Below are positions 31,201-45,600 of a stretch of 64,000 bases of DNA, in pieces (position 1 is the first letter of the stretch; every line of letters starts with the position of its first letter). The position numbers were made by a program, and so were the translations under genes. This DNA is from the human T2T-CHM13v2.0 reference genome, Homo sapiens: NCBI RefSeq assembly GCF_009914755.1, contig NC_060928.1. One strand, given 5' to 3'. Below the pieces are notes generated by a model. It was given only the letters and a program-made list of their open reading frames with translations. It was not told the DNA's origin and searched no databases.

Positions 31201-34200
31201 GTACTTTCATATTTTATGTACAGTATATAATACATACTTTGGTCTCTTTGATGTTTTATGTACAGTATATAATACATACTTTGGGTTCTTTGATATTTTA
31301 TGTGCAGAATATAATGCATAGTTTTAGGTACTTTTATATTTTATGTACAGTATATAATACATACTTTGGGTACTTTGATATTTTATGTACAGTATATAAT
31401 ACATACTTTGGGAACTTTGATATTTTATGTACAGTATGTAATACATACTTTGGGTACTTTGATATTTTATGTACAGTATACAATATATAGTTTGAGTACT
31501 TTGATATTTTATGTCCAGTATAAAATACATAGATTTCATACTTTGATATTTTATGTACAGAATATAGTTTGAGTACTTTGATATTTTATGTACACTTTAT
31601 CATAAAAGTTTGGGTACTTTCATATTTTACGTACAGTATATAATACATACTTTGGGCACTTTGATGTTTTATGTACAGTATATAATACATACTTTGGGTT
31701 CTTTGATATGTTATGTACAGCATATAATACATAATTTGGGGACTTTTATATTTTATGTACATTATATAATACATACTTTGGGTACTTTTATATTTTATGT
31801 ACGGTATATAATACATACTTTGGGTACTTTGATATATTATGTACAGTATATAATACATACTTTGGGTACTTTGATATATTATGTACAGTATATAATACAT
31901 ACTTAGGGTACTTTGACATTTTATGTACAGTACATAATACATACCTTGGGTACTTTGATATTTTATGTACAGTATATAATACATACTTTGGGTACTTTGA
32001 TATTTTATGTACAGTATATAATACATGTTTTGGGTACTTTTATATTTTATGTACAGTATATAATATATAGTTTGGGTACTTTGATATTTTATGTACGGTA
32101 TATAATACATACTTTGGGTACTTTGATATTTTATGTTCAGTATATAATACATACTTTGGGTACTTTGATATTTTATGTACAGTATATAATACATACTTTG
32201 GGTACTTTGATATTTAATGTACAGTATATAATACACACTTTGCGTACTTTGATATTTTATGTAAAGTATGTAATACATACTTTGGGTACTTTGATATTTT
32301 ATGTACAGTATGTAATACACGCTTTGGGTACTTTGATATTTTATGTAGAGTATGTAAAACATACTTTGGGTAGTTTGGTATTTTATGATCAGTATATACT
32401 ACATATTTTGGGTACTTTGATATTTTATGTACAGTATATAATACATACTTTGGGTACTTTGATATTTTATGTACAGTATATAATGCATAATTTGGGTACT
32501 TCAATAGTTTATGCACAGTATATAATACATACTTTGGGTAATTTGATATTTTATGTACAGTATATAATGCATACTTTGGGTACTTTGATAGTTTATGTAC
32601 AGTATACAATACATACTTTGGGTACTTTGATATTTTATGTACAGTATATAATATGTAGTTTGGGTACTTTGATATTTTAACTACAGTATATAATACATAC
32701 TTTGGGTACTTGGATATTTTATCTACAGTATATAATAGATACTTTGGGTACTTTGATATATTATGTACAGTATATAATACATAGTTTGGTTACTTTGATA
32801 TTTTTTGTACAGTATGTAAAATATAGTTTGGGGAGTTTGATATTTTATGAACAGTATATAATACACATTTTGGGTACTTTGATATTTTATGTACGGTATA
32901 TAATACATACTTTGGGTACTTTGATATTTTATGTACAGTATATAATTCATACTTTGGGTACTTTGATATTTTATGTACAGTATATAATACATACATTGGG
33001 TACTTCGATATTTTATGTGCAGTACCCTATATATAGTTTGGGTACTTTGATATTTTATGTCCAGTATAAAATAAATAGTTTTGGTACTTTGATATTTTAT
33101 ATACAGTATATAGTTTGAGTACTTTGATATTTAATGTTCAGTTTATTATAAATGTTTGGGTGCTTTCATATTTTATATACAGTATATAATACATACTTTG
33201 GGCACTTTGATATTTTCTGTACAGTATATAATACATACTTTGGGTACTTTGATATTTTATGTACGGTATATAATACATACATTGGGTACTTTGATATTTT
33301 ATGTACAGTATATAATATATAGTTTGGTTACTTTGATATTTTATATACAGTATATAATATATATTATGTGTACTTTGATATATTATGTACAGTATATAAT
33401 ATATAGTATGGGTTGTTTGATATTTTATGTACAGTATATAATATATAGTTTGGGTAGTTTGATATTTTTAGTACAGTAGGTAATATATAGTTTGTTTTAT
33501 TTGGTATTTTATGTACAGTATACAATATATAGTATTGGTACTTTGATATTTCATGTAAAGTATATAGTTTGAGTACTTTGATATTTTATATGCAGTTTAT
33601 TATAAATGTTTGGGTACCTTCATATTTTATGTACAGTATATAATACATACTTTGGGAACTTTTATTTTATGTGCAGTATATAATACATACTTTGGGTACT
33701 TTGATATTTCATGTACAGTATATAATACACACTTTGGGTATTTTGATATTTTATGTACAGTATATAATACACACTTTGGGTAGTTTGATATTTTATGTAC
33801 AGTATATAATACATACTTTGGGTACTTTGATGTATTATGTACAGTATATAATACATAGTTTGGGTACTTTGATATTTTATGTACAGTATATAATACATAC
33901 TTTGGGTACTTTGATATTTTATGTACAGTATGTAATACACACTTTGGGTACTTTGATATTTTATGTACAGTATGTAAAACATACTTTGGGTAGTTTGATA
34001 TATTATGTACAGTATATAATACATACTTTGGGTACTCTGATATTTTATGTACAGTGTATAATACATACTTTGGGTACTTTGATATTTTTGTACAGTATAT
34101 AATACATACATTGGGTACTTTGATATATTATGTACAGTATATAATACTTACTTGGGGTATCTTGATATTTTATGTACAGTATATAATGCATACTTTGGGT

Positions 34201-37200
34201 ACTTTGATATTTTATGTACAGTATATAATGCATACTTTGAGTACTTTGATATTTTATGTACAGTATGTAATACATACTTTGGGTACTTTGATATTTTATG
34301 TATAGTATATAATACATACTTTGTGTAGTTTGATATTTTATGTACAGTATACAATATATAGTTTGAGTACTTTGATATTTTATGTCCAGTATAAAATATA
34401 TAGTTTTCCTAATTGATATTTTATGTACAGAATATAGTTTGAGTACTTTGATATTTTATGTACACTTTATTATAAATGTTTGGGTACTTTCATATTTTAT
34501 GTACAGTATATAATACATACTTTGGTCTCTTTGATGTTTTATGTACAGTATATAATACATACTTTGGGTTCTTTGATATTTTATGTGCAGAATATAATGC
34601 ATAGTTTTAGGTACTTTTATATTTTATGTACAGTATATAATACATACTTTGGGTACTTTGATATTTTATGTACAGTATATAATATATACTTTGGGTACTT
34701 TGATATTTTATGTACAGTATATAATACATATTATTGGTACTTTGATATTTTATGTACAGTATACAATATATAGTTTGAGTACTTTGATATTTTATGTCCA
34801 GTATAAAATACATAGATTTCATACTTTGATATTTTATGTACAGAATATAGTTTGAGTACTTTGATATTTTATGTACACTTTATCATAAAAGTTTGGGTAC
34901 TTTCATATTTTACGTACAGTATATAATACATACTTTGGGCACTTTGATGTTTTATGTACAGTATATAATACATACTTTGGGTCCTTTGATATGTTATGTA
35001 CAGCATATAGTACATAATTTGGGGACTTTTATATTTTATGTACATTATATAATACATACTTTGGGTACTTTTATATTTTATGTACGGTATATAATACATA
35101 CTTTGGGTACTTTGATATATTATGTACAGTATATAAAACATACTTTGGGTACTTTGATATATTATGTACAGTATATAATACATACTTAGGGTACTTTGAC
35201 ATTTTATGTACAGTACATAATACATACTTTGGGTACTTTGATATTTTATGTACAGTATATAATACATACTTTGGGTACTTTGATATTTTATGTACAGTAT
35301 ATAATACATGTTTTGGGTACTTTTACATTTTATGTACAGTATATAATATATAGTTTGGGTACTTTGATATTTTATGTACGGTATATAATACATACTTTGG
35401 GTACTTTGATATTTTATGTACAGTATATAATACATACTTTGGGTACTTTGATATTTTATGTACAGTATATAATACATACTTTGGGTACTTTGATATTTAA
35501 TGTACAGTATATAATACACACTTTGCGTACTTTGATATTTTATGTAAAGTATGTAATACATACTTTGGGTACTTTGATATTTTATGTACAGTATGTAATA
35601 CACGCTTTGGGTACTTTGATATTTTATGTAGAGTATGTAAAACATACTTTGGGTAGTTTGGTATTTTATGATCAGTATATAATACATATTTTGGGTACTT
35701 TGATATTTTATGTACAGTATATAATACCTACTTTGGGTACTTTGATATTTTATGTACAGTATATAATGCATAATTTGGGTACTTCAATAGTATATGCACA
35801 GTATATAATACATACTTTGGGTAATTTGATATTTTATGTACAGTATATAATGCATACTTTGCGTACTTTGATAGTTTATGTACAGTATACAATACATACT
35901 TTAGGTACTTTGATATTTTATGTACAGTATATAATATGTAGTTTGGGTACTTTGATATTTTAACTACAGTATATAATACATACTTTGGGTACTTTGATAT
36001 TTTATCTACAGTATATAATAGATACTTTGGGTACTTTGATATATTATGTACAGTATATAATACATAGTTTGGTTACTTTGATATTTTTTGTACAGTATGT
36101 AAAACATACTTTGGGGAGTTTGATATTTTATGAACAGTATATAATACACATTTTGGGTACTTTGATATTTTATGTACGGTATATAATACATACTTTGGGT
36201 ACTTTGATATTTTATGTACAGTATATAATTCATACTTTGGGTACTTTGATATTTTATGTACAGTATATAATACATACTTTGGGTACTTTGATATTTTATG
36301 AACAGTATATAATACATACTTTGGGTACTTTGATATTTTATGTACTGTATATAATACATACTTTGGGTACTTTTATATTTTATGTACAGTATATAATATA
36401 TAGTTTGGGTACTTTGATATTTTATGTACGGTATATAATACATACTTTGGGTACTTTGATATTTTATGTATAGTATATAATACATACTAAGCGCACTTTG
36501 ATATTTTATGTACAGTATATAATACATACTTTGGTTACTCTGATATTTTATGTACAGTGTATAATACATACTTTGGGTACTTTGATATTTTATATATAGT
36601 ATATAGTTTGAGTACTTTGATATTTTATGTACAGTTTTTTATAAATATTTGGGTGCTTTCATATTTTATGTACAGTATATAATACATACTAAGCGCACTT
36701 TGATATTTTATGTACAGTATACAATACATACTTTGGTTACTCTGATATTTTATGTACAGTGTATAATACATACTTTGGGTACTTTGATATTTTATGTACA
36801 ATATATAATACATACGTTGGGAACTTTGATATATTATGTACATTATATAATTCATACTTTGGGTACTTTGATATTTTATGTACAGTATATAATACATAGT
36901 TTGTGTACTTTGATATTTTATGTACAGTATATAATACATACTTTGGGTACTTTGATATTTTATATACAGTATATAATACATACTTTGGGTACTTTCATAT
37001 TTTATGTACAGTATATAATATATAGTTTGGGTACTTTGATATTTTATCTACAGCTTATAATACATACTTTGGGTACTTTGATATTTTATGTACAGTATAT
37101 AATACATACTTTGGGTAGTTTGATATTTTATGTACAGTATACAATATATAGTTTGAGTACTTTGATATTTTATGTGCAGTATAAAATATATAGTTTTGGT

Positions 37201-37810
37201 ACTTTGATATTTTATGTACAGTTTATAGTTTGAGTACTTTGATATTTTATGTACAGTTTATTATAAATGTTTGGGTACTTTCATATTTGATGTACAGTAT
37301 TTAATACATAATTTGGGCACTTTGATATTTTATGTACAGTATATAATACATACTTTGGGTACTTTTCTATTTTATGCACAGTATAAAATACATACTTTGT
37401 TTACTTTGATATTTAATGTACAGTATATAATACACAGTTTGCGTACTTTGATATTTTATGTAAAGCATGTAATACATAATTTGGGCAGTTTGATATTTTA
37501 TGTACAGTATGTAATACACACTTTGGGTACTTTGATATTTTATGTACAGTATGTAAAACATACTTTGGGTAGTTTGATATATTATGTACAGTATATAATG
37601 CATACTTTGGGTACTCTGATATTTTATGTACAGTGTATAATACGTACTTTGGGTACTTTGATATTTTATGTACAGTATATAATACATACATTGGGTACTT
37701 TGATATATTATGTACAGTATATAATACTTGGGGTACTTTGATATTTTATGTACAGTATATAATACATACTTTGTGTACTTTGATATTTTATGTACAGTAT
37801 ATAATACATA
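14430..37810 (+). repeat. ~6.99-kb higher-order unit, about 3.2 tandem copies (first copy lengthened by a 916-bp internal duplication)
   Basis: Offsets are 7864 (15432/23296, 17063/24927), 7906 (19589/27495), 6990 (20918/27908, 22674/29664), 6986 (24211/31197) and 6985 (27908/34893, 30286/37271). 7906 - 916 = 6990. Confidence 0.88.
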
Positions 37811-40800
37811 CTTTGGGTACTTTGATATTTTATGTATGGTATATAATACATACATTGGGTACTTTGATATTTTATGTACAGTATATAATATATAGTTTGG
37901 TTACTTTGATATTTTATAGACAGTATATAATATATATTATGTGTACTTTGATATATTATGTACAGTATATAATATATAGTATGGGTTGTTTGATATTTTA
38001 TGTACAGTATATAATATATAGTTTGGGTAGTTTGATATTTTTAGTACAGTATGTAATATATAGTTTGTTTTATTTGATATTTTATGTACAGTATACAATA
38101 TATAGTATTGGTACTTTGATATTTCATGTAAAGTATATAGTTTGAGTACTTTGATATTTTATATGCAGTTTATTATAAATGTTTGGGTACCTTCATATTT
38201 TATGTACAGTATATAATACATACTTTGGGAACTTTTATTTTATGTGCAGTATATAATACATACTTTGGGTACTTTGATATTTCATGTACAGTATATAATA
38301 CACACTTTGGGTATTTTGATATTTTATGTACAGTATATAATACACACTTTGGGTAGTTTGATATTTTATGTACAGTATATAATACATACTTTGGGTACTT
38401 TGATGTATTATGTACAGTATATAATACATACTTTGGGTACTTTGATATTTTATGTACAGTATATAATACATACTTTGGGTACTTTGATATTTTATGTACA
38501 GTATGTAATACACACTTTGGGTACTTTGATATTTTATGTACAGTATGTAAAACATACTTTGGGTAGTTTGATATATTATGTACAGTATATAATACATACT
38601 TTGGGTACTCTGATATTTTATGTACAGTGTATAATACATACTTTGGGTACTTTGATATTTTATGTACAGTATATAATACATACATTGGGTACTTTGATAT
38701 ATTATGTACAGTATATAATACTTACTTGGGGTATCTTGATATTTTATGTACAGTATATAATGCATACTTTGGGTACTTTGATATTTTATGTACAGTATAT
38801 AATGCATGCTTTGAGTACTTTGATATTTTATGTACAGTATGTAATACATACTTTGGGTACTTTGATATTTTATGTATAGTATATAATACATACTTTGTGT
38901 AGTTTGATATTTTATGTACAGTATACAATATATAGTTTGAGTACTTTGATATTTTATGTCCAGTATAAAATATATAGTTTTCCTAATTGATATTTTATGT
39001 ACAGAATATAGTTTGAGTACTTTGATATTTTATGTACACTTTATTATAAATGTTTGGGTACTTTCATATTTTATGTACAGTATATAATACATACTTTGGT
39101 CTCTTTGATGTTTTATGTACAGTATATAATACATACTTTGGGTTCTTTGATATTTTATGTGCAGAATATATTGCATAGTTTTAGGTACTTTTATATTTTA
39201 TGTACAGTATATAATACATACTTTGGGTACTTTGATATTTTATGTACAGTATATAATATATACTTTGGGTACTTTGATATTTTATGTACAGTATATAATA
39301 CATATTATTGGTACTTTGATATTTTATGTACAGTATACAATATATAGTTTGAGTACTTTGATATTTTATGTCCAGTATAAAATACATAGATTTCATACTT
39401 TGATATTTTATGTACAGAATATAGTTTGAGTACTTTGATATTTTATGTACACTTTATCATAAAAGTTTGGGTACTTTCATATTTTACGTACAGTATATAA
39501 TACATACTTTGGGCACTTTGATGTTTTATGTACAGTATATAATACATACTTTGGGTTCTTTGATATGTTATGTACAGCATATAGTACATAATTTGGGGAC
39601 TTTTATATTTTATGTACATTATATAATACATACTTTGGGTACTTTTATATTTTATGTACGGTATATAATACATACTTTGGGTACTTTGATATATTATGTA
39701 CAGTATATAATACATACTTTGGGTACTTTGATATATTATGTACAGTATATAATACATACTTAGGGTACTTTGACATTTTATGTACAGTACATAATACATA
39801 CTTTGGGTACTTTGATATTTTATGTACAGTATATAATACATACTTTGGGTACTTTGATATTTTATGTACAGTATATAATACATGTTTTGGGTACTTTTAC
39901 ATTTTATGTACAGTATATAATATATAGTTTGGGTACTTTGATATTTTATGTACGGTATATAATACATACTTTGGGTACTTTGATATTTTATGTACAGTAT
40001 ATAATACATACTTTGGGTACTTTGATATTTAATGTACAGTATATAATACACACTTTGCGTACTTTGATATTTTATGTAAAGTATGTAATACATACTTTGG
40101 GTACTTTGATATTTTATGTACAGTATGTAATACACGCTTTGGGTACTTTGATATTTTATGTAGAGTATGTAAAACATACTTTGGGTAGTTTGTTATTTTA
40201 TGATCAGTATATAATACATATTTTGGGTACTTTGATATTTTATGTACAGTATATAATACATACTTTGGGTACTTTGATATTTTATGTACAGTATATAATG
40301 CATAATTTGGGTACTTCAATAGTTTATGCACAGTATATAATACATACTTTGGGTAATTTGATATTTTATGTACAGTATATAATGCATACTTTGGGTACTT
40401 TGATAGTTTATGTACAGTATACAATACATACTTTGGGTACTTTGATATTTTATGTACAGTATATAATATGTAGTTTGGGTACTTTGATATTTTAACTACA
40501 GTATATAATACATACTTTGGGTACTTTGATATTTTATCTACAGTATATAATAGATACTTTGGGTACTTTGATATATTATGTACAGTATATAATACATAGT
40601 TTGGTTACTTTGATATTTTTTGTACAGTATGTAAAACATACTTTGGGGAGTTTGATATTTTATGAACAGTATATAATACACATTTTGGGTACTTTGATAT
40701 TTTATGTACGGTATATAATACATACTTTGGGTACTTTGATATTTTATGTACAGTATATAATTCATACTTTGGGTACTTTGATATTTTATGTACAGTATAT

Positions 40801-41750
40801 AATACATACATTGGGTACTTCGATATTTTATGTGCAGTACCCTATATATAGTTTGGGTACTTTGATATTTTATGTCCAGTATAAAATAAATAGTTTTGGT
40901 ACTTTGATATTTTATGTACAGTATATAGTTTGAGTACTTTGATATTTAATGTTCAGTTTATTATAAATGTTTGGGTGCTTTCAGATTTTATATACAGTAT
41001 ATAATACATACTTTGGGCACTTTGATATATTCTGTACAGTATATAATACATACTTTGTGTACTTTGATATTTTATGTACGGTATATAATACATACATTGG
41101 GTACTTTGATATTTTATGTAAAGTATATAATATATAGTTTGGTTACTTTGATATTTTATATACAGTATATAATATATATTATGTGTACTTTGATATATTA
41201 TGTACAGTATATAATATATAGTATGGGTTGTTTGATATTTTATGTACAGTATATAATATATAGTTTGGGTAGTTTGATATTTTTAGTACAGTATGTAATA
41301 TATAGTTTGTTTTATTTGATATTTTATGTACAGTATACAATATATAGTATTGGTACTTTGATATTTCATGTAAAGTATATAGTTTGAGTACTTTGATATT
41401 TTATATGCAGTTTATTATAAATGTTTGGGTACCTTCATATTTTATGTACAGTATATAATACATACTTTGGGAACTTTTATTTTATGTGCAGTATATAATA
41501 CATACTTTGGGTACTTTGATATTTCATGTACAGTATATAATACACACTTTGGGTACTTTGATATTTTATGTACAGTATATAATACACACTTTGGGTAGTT
41601 TGATATTTTATGTACAGTATATAATACATACTTTGGGTACTTTGATGTATTATGTACAGTATATAATACATACTTTGGGTACTTTGATATTTTATGTACA
41701 GTATATAATACATACTTTGGGTACTTTGATATTTTCTGTACAGTATGTAA
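37810..41750 (+). repeat. Rearranged continuation of the 6.99-kb family (offset ~4,574 to the previous copy; internal ~3.24-kb repeat)
   Basis: ORF pairs 33671/38244 (4573), 34480/39054 and 34893/39467 (4574), and 38244/41486 (3242). Confidence 0.75.
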
Positions 41751-42659
41751 TACATAATTTGGGTACTTTAATATTTTATGTATAGTATATAATACTTACT
41801 TTGGGTACTTTGATATTTTATGGACAGTGTATAATACATACTTTGGGTTCTTTGATATTTTATGTACAGTATATAACATATAGTTTGCGTACTTTGATAT
41901 TTTATATACAGTATATAATACATACTTTGGGTACTTTTATATTTTATGTACAGTATATAATACATACTCTGGGCACTTTGATATTTAATGTACAGTATAT
42001 AATACACACTTTGCGTACTTTGATATTTTATGTAACGTATGTAATACATACTTTGGGTAGTTTGATATTTTATGTACAGTATGTAGTACACACTTTGGGT
42101 ACTTTGATATTTTATGTACAGTATGTAAAACATACTTTGGGTAGTTTGATATTTTATGATCAGTATATAATACACATTTTGGGTACCTTGATATTTTATG
42201 TACAGTATATAATACATACTTTGGGTACTTTGATATTTTATGTACAGTATATAATGCATACTTTAGGTACTTTGATAGTTTTTGTACAGTATATAATACA
42301 TACTTTGGGTACTTTGATATTTTATGTACAGTATATAATACATAGTTTGGGTACTTTAATATTTTATGTACAGTATATAATACATACTTTGGGTACTTTG
42401 ATATTTTATCTACAGTGTATAATATATACTTTGGGTACTTTGATATATTATGTACAGTATATAATACATACTTTGGGTACTTTGATATTTTATGTACAGT
42501 ATATAATACATACTTTGGGTACTTTGATATTTTATGTACAGTATATAATACATACTTTCGGTACTTTGATATTTTATGTACAGTATATAATATATAGTTT
42601 GGGTACTTTGATATTTTATGTACAGTATATAATACATACTTTGTGTACTTTGATATTTT

Positions 42660-45600
42660 ATGTACAGTATATAATACATACTTTGGGTACTTTGATATTT
42701 TATGTACAGTATATAATATATAGTTTGGGTACTTTGATAATTTATGTACAGTGTATAACACATACTTTGGGTACTTTGATATTTTATGTACAGTATATAA
42801 TACATACTTTGGGTACTTTGATATTTTATATATAGTATATAATACATACTTTGGGTACTTTCATATTTCATGTACAGTTTATAATATATAGTTTGGGTAC
42901 TTTGGTATATTATGTACTGTATATAATACCTACTTTGGGTACTTTGATATTTTATGTACAGTATATAATACATACTTTGGGTACTTTGATATTTTATGTA
43001 CAGTATACAATATATACTTTGACTACTTTGATATTTTATGTCCAGTATAGAATATATAGTTTTGGTAGTTTGATATTTTATGTACAGTATATAGTTTGAG
43101 TACATTGATATTTTATGTACACTTTATTATAAATGTTTGGATACTTTCATATTTTATGTACAGTATTTAATACATACTTTGGGCACTTTGATATTTTATG
43201 TACAGTATACAATACATACTTTGGGTACTTTGATATTTTATTTACAGTATATAATACATAATTTGGGTACTTTGATATTTTATTTACAGTATATAATGCA
43301 TACTTTGGGTACTTTGATGTTTTATGTACAGTATATAATACATACTTAGGGTACTTTGACATTTTATGTGCAGTACATAATACATACTTTGGATACTTTG
43401 TTATTTTAAATACAGTATGTAATACATATTTTGGGTACTTTGATATTTTATGTACAGTATATAATACATACTTTGGTACTTTTATATTTCATGTACAGCA
43501 TATAATATATAGTTTGAGTACTTTGATATTTTATGTACAGTATATAATACATAGTTTGGGTATTTTGATATTTTATGTACAGTATATAATACATACTTTG
43601 GGTACTTTGATATTTTATGTACAGTATATAATATATAGTTTGGGTACTTTGATAATTTATGTGCAGTATATAACACATACTTTCGGTAGTTGGATATTTT
43701 ATGTACAGTATATAATACATACTTTGGGTACTTCGATATTTGATGTACAGTATACTATATATAGTTTGGGTACTTTGATATTTTATGTCGGGTACAAAAT
43801 AAATATTTTTGGTACTTAGATATTTTATGTACAGTATATTGTTTGAGTACTTTGATATTTTATGTACAGTTTATTATTAATGGGTGCTTTCATATTTTAT
43901 GTACAGTATATAATACATACTATGGGCACTTTGATATTTTATGTACAGTATATAATACATAATTTGGGTACTTTGATATTTTATATACACTACATAATAC
44001 ATACTTTGGGTACTTTGATATTTTATGTACAGTATATAATATATAGTTTGGGTACTTTGATATTGTATGTGCAGTATATAACACATACTTTCGGTACTTG
44101 GATATTTTATGTACAGTATATAATACATAATTTGGGTACTTCCATATTTTATGTACAGTATGCTATATATACTTTGGGTACTTTGATATTTTATGTCCAG
44201 TATAAAATAAAAAGTTTTGGTAATTCGATATTTTATGTACAGTGTATCATTTGAGTACTTTGATATTTAATGTACAGTTTATTATAAATGTTCAGGTGCT
44301 TTCATATTTTATGTACATTATATAATACATACTTTGAGCACTTTGATATTTTATGTACAGTATATAATACATACTTTGGGTAATTTGATATTTTATGTAC
44401 AGTATATAATACATACATTGGGTACTTTGATATTTTATGTACAGTATATAATATATAGTTAGGGTACTTTGATATTTTATATACAGTATATAATATATAT
44501 TATGTGTACTTTGATATATTATGTACAGTATATAATATATAGTTTGGGTAATTTGATATTTTATGTACAGTATACAATATATACTATTGGTACTTTGATA
44601 TTTCATGTAAAGTATATAGTTTGAGTACTTTGATATTTTATATACAGTTTATTATAAATGTTTAGGTACCTTCCTATTTTATGTAGAGTATATAATACAT
44701 ACTTTGGGAACTTTTATTTTATGTGCAGTATATAATACATACTTTGGGTACTTTGATATTTTATGTACAGTATATAATACATACTATTGGTACTTTGATA
44801 TTTTATGTACAGTATACAATATATAGTTTGAGTACTTTGATATTTTATGTCCAGTATAAAATATATAGATTTCATACTTTGATATTTTATGTACTGAATG
44901 TAGTTTCAGTACTTTGATATTTTATGTACACTTTATTATAAAAGTTTGGGTACTTTCATATTTTACGTACAGTATATAATACATACTTTGGGCACTTTGA
45001 TGTTTTATGTGCAGTATATAATACATACTTTGGGTTCTTTGATATTTTATGTACAGCATATAATACATAATTTGGGGACTTTTATATTTTATGTACATTA
45101 TATTATACATACTTTGGGTACTTTTATATTTTATGTACGGTATATAATACACACTTTGGGTACTTTGATATATTATGTACAGTATATAATACATACTTTG
45201 GGTACTTTGATATATTATGTACAGTATATAATACATACTAAGGGTACTTTGACATTTTATGTACAGTACATAATACATACTTTGGGTACTTTGATATTTT
45301 ATGTACAGTATATAATGCATACTTTGGATACTTTGATATTTTATGTACAGTATATAATACATACTTTGGGTACTTTTATATTTTATGTACATTATATAAT
45401 ATATAGTTTGGGTACTTTGATATTTTATGTACGGTATATAATACATACTTTGGGTACTTTGATATTTTATGTACAGTATATAATACATACTTTGTGTACT
45501 CTGATATTTTATGTACAGTATACAATATATAGTTTGAATACTTTGATATTTTATGTACTGTATAAAATATATAGTTTTCGTACTTTGATATTTTATGTAC

